Assembly (NCBI GenBank): GCA_036172245.1
Contig: JAYWIR010000143.1
Location: 1-64,000 of the forward strand
Direction: 5' to 3'
From: Raillietiella orientalis
Lineage: Eukaryota
Length of the DNA: 64,000 nucleotides
In this document: positions 36,499 to 48,400 of the stretch, in pieces
Numbering within the stretch: the stretch's first letter is position 1
How the letters are laid out: each line of letters begins with the position of its first letter
Notes under the pieces: model-generated
What the model was told of the DNA's origin: nothing
Seen by the model: only the letters and a program-made list of their open reading frames with translations
Databases searched by the model: none
Position numbers and translations under genes: made by a program

Positions 36499-38582
36499 TA
36501 AAGAGGTCGACTGCGTGGACCAGGATCTCCTGCTGGAGGTCTCCGTCACATGGGCTTTCCACCCACCTATATTACCTAGCTACTCTCCTGCAGTCGCAAT
36601 GCGCTGATCACGCTTTGTTTTAGTGGACAAAAGGTGTATGGCGTTCCTGTGCGGCGGGGCATAAGAAAGGACGATAGTCTCTGTCCCCTGCTCTTTAGTA
36701 CCTACTTTGCTTTGGTGCTGACAGCGTACAGGGCTGCTTTGGCTCCCTTGGCGAGCTCGTGCCTTGGCACTCCCGCCGTTTCAGCGTATGCCGTCGATCT
36801 TCTGTTTTTTTTTCCTATGTCCACTACGGCAGCGACAGAAGGGGACTTCTTTGATTCGCTTATTAGCGGGACCGGACTGCTCATTAACCAAGCTAAGTCA
36901 TCGGTGGTGCTAATTGGAGCGACGTGGGTAGGATGGCCTCACTGGATCCTTTTGGCCAGGCACCTGAAGAAACTAAGCGTTCTGCTGGGGGACCTCTGTC
37001 CCACAGAAGCTTGGTCAGGTCGTATTCAAAAAATGGAGTTGGCGATCGGCCCGTCCCTGGAAGATAAGTTTTACTTCCAGGAACATTCCGCGCTTTGGAA
37101 CGCCTTCGCGGCCCCCATCCTTCATCCTCTACTCTTTGTTTGCTTCGACCCGTAGAAATAAAAAAAAGGACCAATGAGATCCTTCGCATCGCCCTTTGGG
37201 GCTAGGGTAGGCCCTGAGTCCCTTTGAAGGACTTGTGCGCTTCGCGTCGTCGCAGCGGTCTTAGCATCCCGACACTGGAGCGCGTGGAGATTCAGCTGCA
37301 GTGGCGAACAATGGCCATCGCAGCGAAGATGTGGTGGACACCTTGGTGCATTTTGTCTCGACTCGTTGCCAGCCGTGTATCTCGAACCGAGAGACTCGCA
37401 TCTTTTCTTCTGTGTTCATGCCGGAAGATCCGAAGATGCGGCCTACTGCTCGGACGCATGGCAGCCATGCCGAAGGAGAACAGTGGATGCTTTGCTGCTT
37501 CTTCAACTTCCCCGCTTGCCTGTTGGAGAACATCGGCCCGTGGGCATTCCTAAACCAGAGGATACACGAGACGTTGATGCACCTGCGACGTGGCCCCTTT
37601 GCCCGCTGCACTCTGCGGAACCTTCTGGAGAGTCATGCCAGAAGCACGTGGACAGAGACAACCTGCCTAGCTACGGCGCTGCTCTTCCTGAGAAGGGCGC
37701 TTCACAGCAGCCGGACGCCAAGGTGGCAAGTCTCCTGCTGCATAGCGGGACGGGAGAAGATGATGAGCGGATGAGAGAGCTGGCTGACGCCACGACCCCG
37801 AGCGTCCAGCCGAGAGGACTTTTGCGATAGGGAGAGCTGCTCGCCATCCCGATGGAGGAGCTGAAGTGGCCAACGGTTTCAAGAGAATTCAGGATCCTGC
37901 CCCTTCAGTTGTAAGAGTCGACGTTGCTCCTGTTGCACTGGAGTTTACCCTGCAACACTCACCTCTTCCATTGGACAAGGGGAGCTGTGGATTCTGCGTG
38001 TGCTGGATGCGGGGAGCGGGAATACCTCCGCCAACTCATCGTTCACTGTGCTGCCCTCCGACCACTTTGGGAAAGGTTTGGGCCGACCGTCGGGATCCCG
38101 ATGGGCAGCACCCCCAGAGACGTTCTCCAGTATCTCTTGGTGTGGGACGCCCTACAGCCAGTCACTGTCCTAGCAGCATTCTGCTACGTTCTAGGCATCG
38201 TGGAGGCTTAAAACGACTCCAACAACGAAGATCGGGACATGAACGAGAGGTAAGCCATCCAGCATGCTGTATGCTTCCTGTACAGACCTGAACGATGACT
38301 CCATCTGGGGAATATGCGGATGGGCATCGAGGGCTTCCTTAGACGGATGGGTCCTCCTCCGAGTGAACTTTGATTTCTTCTCTTCCTTATAACTTCTTTT
38401 TGTTTTGTTTATAGTATATTTTTGTTTTTGATTTTTTCCCATATCCCCTTTCACTGCCGTGGACAGTTACTCCGGGTTGCGTCCCAGCGTCTATGCACGT
38501 GCGGTGTCTATGGCCTTGAGCGCAGCCTTGTATTTCGCTTTTGTGATATTTAAATAGACCCTCCGGCTTACCCAGGTGGCAA
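36499..38582 (+). mobile_element. LINE L: decayed A-family 3' half
   Basis: Colinear with 21-2197 (ARCTLRNLLES, RGAVDSACAGC); decayed terminal hairpin at 38561-38582. Confidence 0.88.
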
Positions 38583-39400
38583 CCTCTGTACCGCGTGAAG
38601 GGTTCTAATTCCGCCTACATGTTTATCAGTTGTTTGACGTAGATCTGCGGCTTGAGGTCTAAGAGAACAACTACAAAAGACTCGCCCATCGCGGTGGGAA
38701 ATACTTTTTTCTTACGGATGGACAAGGTTGTGCAAAGGAGCCCCTGCATAAGAGCGGCGTGATTGCATAGCACCTTGACATAGCCCAATGCTGGAACAGG
38801 CATGAGTGCGATCAGGTCCTCCTCTTGCACTCCCACACGAAATGGTTCGTCAACATACTCAACCCCAGGTGTACGTACTCCACTTACGTTATAGCAAAGA
38901 GCAGGTTTGCAGCCCTGGGCTACATATGCCTGCAACTTCTTCTAGTCGGAGAGGCGTCCTTCTACGGCTGCAGAATCAGCCACGTCCGCGAAGTTCCTCG
39001 CGGTTGGCAGAGGGTTCGCACAGGTTATCGTTAACGTTGCAGCTGTGGGAAGTTGAGGAAGCACCGGCACTCCTACTTCCACGTTGCGGTGTTCACTGCT
39101 CATCTTCAGGACTAGGCAGTGGGACGCATGAACACAACCAAACAGCAGATCAACGGAGCGACACGAATTCACTTCCGTCTCCCATGAAAGCGAACGTTTG
39201 AATCGCCTGCAACCAGATGGGCATTCCGCCCTCCTGCTCTGATCATCCAGTCGTCGCCGGAGGGCAAGGAAAAATTCTTACCTCGCCCCCCTTGTCGTCA
39301 GGTCCGTGCCGCTCGAAGCGTGCACGTTCGTGACGATCAGGTAGATGGCGTCGGACTACCTGAGAATCCGCTGGCCGACACGATCGTCAAACCGCTTTAG
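38583..39400 (-). mobile_element. LINE I: 5' leader + ORF1 N-terminus (C-related)
   Basis: QAYVAQGCKPALCYNVS resembles QAYAAHGYKPALCYPVS of C; 5' motif at 39177-39155; outer boundary approximate. Confidence 0.75.
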
Positions 39401-39419
39401 CTCCAACTCACGGAATTTA

Positions 39420-42400
39420 AAACCAAAGCCATTATTCTCCACTTTTGTTTGCACATCATTATCAGCATTTGAATATAAGTAATTGAAGATGCAACATTCG
39501 CGTTTCTCGTATCAATTCATGTATTTTCATAGATGCTTGCCATCAGTGTAGAGCCGCGACTGCTTCTGCATCGCGGATGTTATCCAAGCTGATCAGCTTC
39601 GTTCTCTTCCGTCCATTCATTGCTATTGGGCAGCTTGCCGCAAGCTGCAGATTCTGGAAAGGCACCCGTCGCTGCGTTTGCTTCCAAACGGCGAAGCTGC
39701 GAGTTCGCTCTCCATTCATCGAGCAACACTCTGCGCTTCTGCCGAGAAATATCTTCGTAGGGAGCCATCAGCTAAGCCCATCTGCATAGCTTTCAGCAAT
39801 AGTACTGAATTCTGTGCAGTAACAGGTCAGATGATCAGATGACCTTTACTCGCACGCACCGCGCTTGCGACCTGGCTTCATTGTGTGCACTGCTGTTTGT
39901 GGGGACTCGAGACGAAAGACATGGATACGGTGGTCTTTCGTTTAAAGCTATGAGGATTGATGGGCGTCCTCGATGGTTCCTCTATTTTAGGAAATGAGAA
40001 TGAATAAGAACCATAAACTCTTTATTTCATCATCACAAAATTAAAAAACGATAAGTTCTTCTCTTATTATCAGTCCGTTTCCTCGTCTTCGTATTCGTCT
40101 GTAAAGACATATGGCGTGAATTCCAGCCAGCAAGTGGATTTTGAAGGAAATTGACATTCTAAACTGAACGGCGTTGATATTGTACGGATTTCCGTCATTT
40201 CTGTCATCTGACTGAAATAAATAAAGTTTTTGTTAAAATAAAAACCATGCTTTTTGAAAGAGAAGGCTCTCTATCGATGGTGCGATGGGTGCTTTCGTGC
40301 TGGGATTTATGTGAACGTAACCGATGATTCTCATGAGAAGCTTGGATTGGGACTTTTGCATTTGCAACTCAAAAATTATATTGAGATTAGGAAAAATCGT
40401 AATTTGAAGTTTGCCACGTTGAGCCACGCAGTCAAGTTGATAACCGTTGCAAGGATCCATTGCCTTGAAAGCTTATCAGTGATAGAAAAACCATTAAAAG
40501 TTCGCATCACCGATCAGCAACATGCTTTCATGCCTTTCAAAATGCGGAAGATGGAAAGTACTGAGTTGAGCAGTCATCTTGTGATGAAAATCGCATCCGG
40601 ACTCCGGACAGAAGTCCCCGTTTGAATTGCATGTCGCATTTGTGAGGAAATATCAGTACGAAGGGGGCGAAGCAACGCCAATGCTTCGATGCCGAAATGG
40701 GGAAGTCTCTTACCCGTTTTCAGGTGTGAATGTGCAAACACACTGATTGGGACCACCAGTGATGATGACGGTTATTTCTTCAGGGATTTCACGTTCATTC
40801 TGACAAAACAGTTATGACATTTCTCGAAGCAAATTGTCATCCTACCGTGACATCGACAGAGCATCGTTCTAGACGTTCTGTTGGCTGTACGTCGGGGCCC
40901 CATCCTTGCTTGCAAACATCCATAGGCTCACTGTAACCACTTGGAATTTCGAGGACAAATGAACAGTTCCCAGTGGGATTCCGGAATTTCAAGTCACTTT
41001 TGTGCAGGCGGGGCTTCAGAGAGTTTGCTGCAGACATGTTCATTCCCAAGAAAAGAACTATCGCCTGCAAGAGCAGCTGAAACGTATGATTTATCTCGTT
41101 GCGAAATTTTCCATCGTGTTGCACTATCTCTGGAAGGACCCACAATTCGTTGCAGCAAAAGAAACGAGTTGTCATGCACCCTTTTCGATTCACCATGCGC
41201 GTGGAATCTCCGAAGGAAACGAAGAGTGCGTGTCGATATGGCAGCACAGAGCATTGCTTGAAGTTACACTTTAGCAAATCAAGAATTTCTGTAAGACGTC
41301 TACTTCTGCATCCCTACGCTTTCGAGACTCCTACGACATCATCCCGAGATGCACCCTTATCTCAGAAACCTTCTGAAATTTTGCCTTTCACCGATAAGGC
41401 ATCGCGATCATCGGACTGCTTTGCGATGTGTCTGCTGCTCTTAATGGCTTCCCTTCTTCAGCTTTGAACCCGCGAGCGCACCTTTCGGATTAACCTAAGA
41501 GTTAACAAGAAACGTCCTTAATCACACTTCTAACTCATGGTGATGCAATCGAGTAATAAAGATGAGCTTGGCCCGCATCTCGCGATGCTACTTCTGAGTA
41601 GTGGCAATACGCGTGCGGCGATTCGAGAAACGGTTTGAAGTCGCGATCCGCAAATCAGAAGCGAGCTGTCACCTGTCGCAAATCGCGGTTGGCAGGCCTG
41701 AAAGTAGGAGTCTCCTACTGCGCAAACCTCCCAAGGTGCAGGCCGAGGAGCATGGATTTGCCCTTATTGCGTCGTTCAGGTAGAAAGGAGGACAACCAAG
41801 CGACCAGCCGAAGGTGCACTCGCATGAGCTCGTTCCTCTGAAGAGTGGCCAGGAGGGCTTTTTTCGTTTGCCTGACTGAAGAGTAAGTAATGCAAAAGAC
41901 TCTCACCATGTGCATCCTTGGAAGAATCATTTCGCTTGATTTCTTGTGGATTGCCTACTGATGCCTACTGGGGACTCAAATGCAGCAGCAAGACGCAACG
42001 TAAACTGAAAAGCTGAACTGCGAGGTGACGCTTTTTCTTGAGAATAAATGCAGATTCCGCCGTTCTGCAGGTGTTTCCGTGTTTTCGGTTGCGTAATGAG
42101 GTGATCTTACATGCACTTATCACGAATTGCTTAAACCTGGACGCAAGTGCTGGGAAGAAAAATCCGGCGTCATCTTCACAGATGCCAATTGGATTTCCTG
42201 AGATGCGTTTGTTACTCGTTGAAGAGAATCCTCGCAATTGTTTCGGGTCCACAGCTGCATTTTTTGGCTTAGTTTGTCAACATTTATCTTTGCGTGGCCT
42301 GGGAGTAGCACTGCTCTTACACGTTCCGTGAAAGCAGCAACTCATCCAAAGCACCCCAATATAGAAGGTGATCGCCGAACGAGAAGATTTCTGCCTTACG

Positions 42401-45400
42401 TAAGGAGAAAATATGTTTTCCAGCTATTCCGCGGTGCATCAACTGGATTTCGAAGATCTCACTTTTCAGGAATTCTTCTAGCAGATTTGCCTCGCTGCAA
42501 TGTGGTTGAGGGAAAAGTATCGAACCACCACGTATTGGGATCCGCTTCCGTTGTGCCCTCATGAAATTTCTTTTAAAGACATAAGTGTTCTTCAAAGCAC
42601 GCGGTGTAACAAGCAAGTAAATCTACTGTAAGGTTTTACGTTCAAAGGAGTCAGTCGTACTTCCAGCACTTGCTGAGCCAGGTCTTCTCCTTTGAACAGC
42701 AGCAGACCAAGTGCTGCGCAGAACAGAGTGGTAAATAGCTTCTCCGTTAAAATTTACGTTGAAGGATTGATGATTCTTCTCTTTGACAACCAGCCTTTGG
42801 AGTTCTTTTTCCTTCCACTGCTTAGGCAGAAGCTCCTTACAGTCCTGCCTGCGCTAAGAGGAATACCTTCAGCCGGTAAGATAGTGCTTCTTCCGAATGA
42901 TGGGAGGTGCGGAAGCAGCTCACGGTCGAGGAGCCAGGGAGCTGGCAAACGCTACAATTCCACATTCTCGGAAAATGGGATCCCCTGTGGTGGTTGGGAG
43001 TGTTGCATCGTGCTGTACAAGGAACGCCTTTTCACCAGTTTGTTTTCGAGCGGCGAGCGTGTCTATCACTCTCCCTGTGGCTGATCCCACAGAGTGAGCA
43101 ACAGCATTTTATTCCAAGTGAGACCTGGATAGCGTAGAGAGCTTTCACATTCTGGATTACCCTTAAACGTGATTTGACTCACCTGCAAATTTCAAAAGTT
43201 GGGAATGGCGAATTCCCTGTGACAAAAGTCGCATTGGAGACTTCTCCGGAGGCAGTGGTTGCTTCAACGAGTAGGGATAAAACCATAAGCTTGCTAACCA
43301 GGACTTCTTTTCTCCATGGCTGCAGCAGTTATCCTTAAATGCAAGTAGATCTGATATGAAAATCCTTTTCTATTTGGTTCCTTCAGGAATTTCAACATTT
43401 CCGAGTGCGCTCGACGAGTGCTTGTAACGCCTGCAAGCGGCAGCTGAGGAGAGCTATGAAGTACAAATGTAGTCTTGGGCCACCGCCTACTCAAGTCGAC
43501 AATGTGTGTAGAAAGCAGGGATGTGACCCTTCCTATCCCCAAGGGCGAATTCGTGTTGATCCATCCTAGACAGGTTGCTGCCGATGTGCAGATGGATGAG
43601 GTAATGACCGAACTATCAAGGTTTGCTTCCGTTTGTGCTGATTAGCGTAGAAGTGCTATGATTGCCCCTCAGCAGAATTAGTGGGCTGAAAGAAACGCGT
43701 ACGCGCGTAGAAAACACGTTTACCAGCTTACAATAACTGTACATCAACAATGGAATCGCCCACATGTAGTACGAGACGAGGCCTAAGGCTGCGCACTCTG
43801 CAAAGTCACGAGAAACGTAAATCAAGCTCACTCGATGTGGTCAAGCTGCCATAATTTGGCATTTGCAGGCTGCGTGGCAAACTATTGCAAGATAAAAGGA
43901 TGCACGACAAGCACAATTTCCAGGAAAAAGAACGTGGGCATAAAAAAGGTACTAGCCCTTAAGTCGCCTAAGGAATTGGAGGATGCAATGGATGTTTCGG
44001 GCTCAAGTAGGAGTTAAATAATCTTTGAGAAGTGAAAAAAATAACTTAACAAATTCAGAAAGACAAAAGCATTCCAGAAAAAGCATTCAAGACGAAGAAA
44101 ATAATGCCGCGAAGGGTACGAAGGAGGAAAGTGCACGACGTGCAATGCGAGCAGAAACGACCAAGACGATGCCTAGGGAGGAAACCAAATAAAGTCATTA
44201 CTGATATATTTCTCCTTGCACGCGACCTTCTGCGAGGTGGCGCTGCCGAAGGGAGAAATATCTTCTTACCAAGGCCTTCACGGGCTCTGGAGCAGCAAAT
44301 AGCTTTGCGTAACTCGGAAATGAAGTAATTCAGCGCGACAAAATCGCTTGGACCTTACCGGGGAGGGCACCCCTAGGTTAGTAGGAGGAAATTGGCTTCC
44401 AGTTAGAAAGAGTTGGGAAGCGTACGAGTATCTGACGGAATCGTGTTCGGCCACAGCCTTGTCTCCTCCGAAGATGAGTCCCTCGCTACTGTTCCTCCTG
44501 CGGCTATGCGACCTACCACCCAGGTGGAAAGGCTTGCAAGCCGCATTCTTCTTTGGAGACACACTGAGAAGACCAGCCTCTGTGACCACCTTTGGCTATC
44601 CCTTTCCGAACCTCCCAAAGGTGTTCCTATTTGCATTTTTGTTGCTTTTGTTTCATTTTCTTGCCCCTTATCCCTATGCAGCCGAATTGAATTTGTCTGG
44701 TCTGCGTCCCGGCATGTCGGCAGGTTTTGCATGTGATGAACGTGACAGAACCGAGCGTGCTGCCACACTTTGGTACGCTTCCTTTTTCAAAAAAGGAAAT
44801 GAACACACCGTCGCAACCGGGTGGAAAAACACCGTCAACACAACCCTCGATAATGCGTGTAGCATCAGCGGCCTGCGTGCAAGAGCACCAAGAGTTAAAT
44901 GCAAGTGGATCACCTCCGGAATTCCCACATTATGCTCCTGCAGGAGGTGCACTCTCTCTCCATGCAGATCATTTGCGAGGTCGAACAATGCTCAGGAGAA
45001 ATCACTTGAGGTAAAGTGCGATTTTGCATACATCTTTGGAGTCACATGCCTATTCCTGATCCTCACCTGAGTTGGATGATGCCACTTGCTTTCATCGACG
45101 AGGACAGACGGACAGGTCGTCGGCGATCCACTGACCTCGCGCAATAAACCTCCTCATAATGAGCGAGTACGCTCCCTTCTTCTGTCGATAGAATCAAAAC
45201 AAGTTTGACTTTCTGGAGTTGAAGTGATCCTTCATTGCAGCCAATGCACTCTGGGATGACATCATACGGCAGGGAAACTCCCTTCTGATTTTTCTGCATT
45301 TAGAAGGAGCGCTTTCCGAGTCCGCGCCTAGAAGTCAATAAAATGTTAAAATATGTGTGCAGGTGCACGTCACTAATCCGCTGGCAGAGAAGCGTGAAAG

Positions 45401-48400
45401 GTACGACTCTTTCAACCAGGCATACCCCGGTGCCAACCTCTGTTTGGGAATGAGATGACCAGAAAAAATCCCCCTCGTGAGATGATAACGGCATGGAGTT
45501 TGTTCAGGCTACTGCGGAAAAGAAGACACGGAGGATGTCCGAAATCTGGATGAGCCATTGGAAGGGTAAGAGGAACTGCGAACGATCCAGACGGGCTGTT
45601 CTATAGACATGGAAACGGACAGAGATCGACTACAATGATTCTGTTGGGGTGGCATTTTTCGCGGAAAAAAAGCGTGTCAGTGTAGCTTTTTGCAAGAGCT
45701 TTGAATTTTTGGAGGGCAGCCAGATGTTGCCAGGTCTGTTGCCTCGCCGGGACAACAACCCTGAAAGACGGTGCAGCAGGCCTCCAGAACCCTGATGGTC
45801 CATTCTGATGTGCGACAAGGCACGCAGGTCGCGAGGTAAAACAGCATTGTGAGCAAGTGCTCCTCTCGATCAGGAATGAGCTACAGAGCCGCTGGAGGCA
45901 GTCATTCGCAGGATGACGGTGGAAGTGGCTTCTAGCTAGCTTGCCGATCAAACGAATGCAGCGGCCATTCGAGGGTGGAGAGGAAAATTTCCTTCCCCGC
46001 GCCCGAGCACTTCGCAGAATTTGCGAAACTCTATGCAGCAGAACTCGCTCACACGGATTGGCGCTAAGGATCGGGAGACGGGTCAAGTTCCTGACTCCTA
46101 CGCATCAGCCAGCTATCCACTGTTGGTGAAAAAGAACGACCAGGAATGTTTGACCAACTAACGCTTTACATCTCAGTCGTTAACTCTGAGAATTTGCTCT
46201 GCTCAGTGTGAAGAGCAAAGTTGCCATCAAAATGCGGACTAAAGACTTCTTCACGGGAGTTCTACTGGGTGCACAGAAAGGTCCCGTGTTCCACTTGTAG
46301 AATTGTGTGTTGCACGCTGAAATGGTGGACCCAGCTTTTTTACGCTCGAGAGATTAAAGCTACAGCTAGAGTTCAGAGAGCTTGCCCTTGTGGTGAAGTT
46401 AGGGACCACGCAATGGTGAGCACAGTAAGAAGGATCTCGCTGGAAGAGCATCCTCATGCAAGGTACTCTCGTCGATTCCCGTGGCGAACGAGATTAGCCT
46501 GAGGCCATACTGCCATCGGCTGCAGAAAATGGTTCCTTCGATGCAAGAGAACACCTGGATTCCTCTAATCTTAGCCAACTGCACTGCCAGGATTCACGAA
46601 GCAGTTACGGTGTGAAAAAGATTTACGGCTGTAGCAGGTCGGAGTACGCCTGGCTCTGGAAGAAGAGGCGCTGTCGAAAGCCACCACAGGAAATGGGATG
46701 CACTTCCCACGCAAGCTGCTTTGGATCTCGTTTACACCACTTGCTGCAGAGCTGCTCTCCCTCATCTCAAGCGGTGCGACTCAACCTGCAAAATGGGAAG
46801 TAGCCTGCCTGCTTTAAGGCAGAAAGAAACTGCAAGAAGCGGGACGAGCGGCGTCTTCAGTGGCAGCGGCTGGGCGCTTGGGGCGGTGATCGCAGCTCTC
46901 TGGCGCACACTCGGCTCTTCTTTCTGGTTGACTCATTCACATCAATCCGAGGTGGTGGGTATATTATAACGTTATCGATTCAGCTGTATCCTCGAGTTGC
47001 ATTGAACAGTTGCGAAGTACATGGAAAGATTTATGTACATCAAAAACAGAATTCGTTCCAGTCATCGGGTACGCAGGTGAACAGCAGAAGATTTGAACGT
47101 GATCCCAAGAAGGATAGACCGCATTTTATTTCAAAAGAGAACACAAAACTGAGTGCAGCATACGAATTTCTCACTCCTGGTCTTCGTTTGCTTCGCAACG
47201 AAAAGCTAGAAGGCTGGCTGCCTCGAGGTGGTGTGCCCATGTCACTGCAAGTCTGCGAGTGAGACGTACAAAAGTAGTCGATTCGCACGCCAACATTTTT
47301 TCTCCTACCTTAGTGCATCCATCCACACGGTTCACTTCTAGGCATCTTCTGAGTCTGCTTTATACAGTGGACTTGTAGCAGGAAACGATTGCAAGCCTCA
47401 TCGACCCCGAATTCAAAAGGGGACACCGCAAAAACCGAGCTTTGTAATTTTAGCAGCAAGGAATTCCGCTTGCTTTCATGATTACACCCGAGGGAGAAAA
47501 TTGGGTAACATGATGTTTTTGCAGCAATGTTGAATTTTATATTGGCTCCAGGGGATGGTTCATTTCATCAGCTATGATTAATTTCATCAGCCATGCCGTG
47601 CTGTTGGCAATTCCTTGATAGGTTGCGAGAAACATAATTCACAACTTTCTGGTTTTCCTTTACAGGTTTACTTTGTTGTTTTATTAACTGAATCTGTCTG
47701 GTCACCTGCATCACTAAGATAGCTGGTGAGTTAGAGGCACGCGAATCCAAAACTTAGGTTAGAGTAATCGAAAAGCCACTACCCGAGGAAACTTCATTAG
47801 GTGCTGCATGAATCCCTCATTAATTCCCATCAGCAACTTGCAAAAAAGTAACATGAATCACGTGAATCAGATTTTTCTAGAACATTTGTTACAAATGTGC
47901 ACGTGGAAAAAAATTTTTCGAATGATCTCTGGAGAAACGCATACAACTTGGTCTGTGTGCATTCTCAAGATGAATGTGCACTTTTTGCTGCATCTACTTA
48001 CTCCTAAACGTGGCAGTAATTCGCACGCAAGTACTACAAACAAAATGCACCCCAGTCAGTGTTTTCACATAGGAATACAAGATTCCCATTTCAGCAAACG
48101 AAATCATGCATGTGTTTATTGGATTCCTCGTGAATAATTTCCGAATTCGAGTATCGGTGTTTCGCAGCATGCTAGTCGTGAAGAGTCCTATAAAGTGTTA
48201 CGATGCAATGGGCGGAATCGTGGGATGTCCTGAAGGTGGATTCCCATTTGGACGGTTTGTGATGACAACGACGAAATGGAGTCTTGAGGGGCAAAGCATT
48301 CGAGGTCATGGAAAATTTCAATTTGGGAGTCGCAAAGAAATGAACACTTAGACGGAAGCGCAAAGATGCATTGGCACACCAAAGAGGGGGAACGCATGGA

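Noticed and set aside
39238..39250. ctgatca as a hammerhead core
   Set aside because: Lacks CUGANGA and a correctly placed GAAA with three stems
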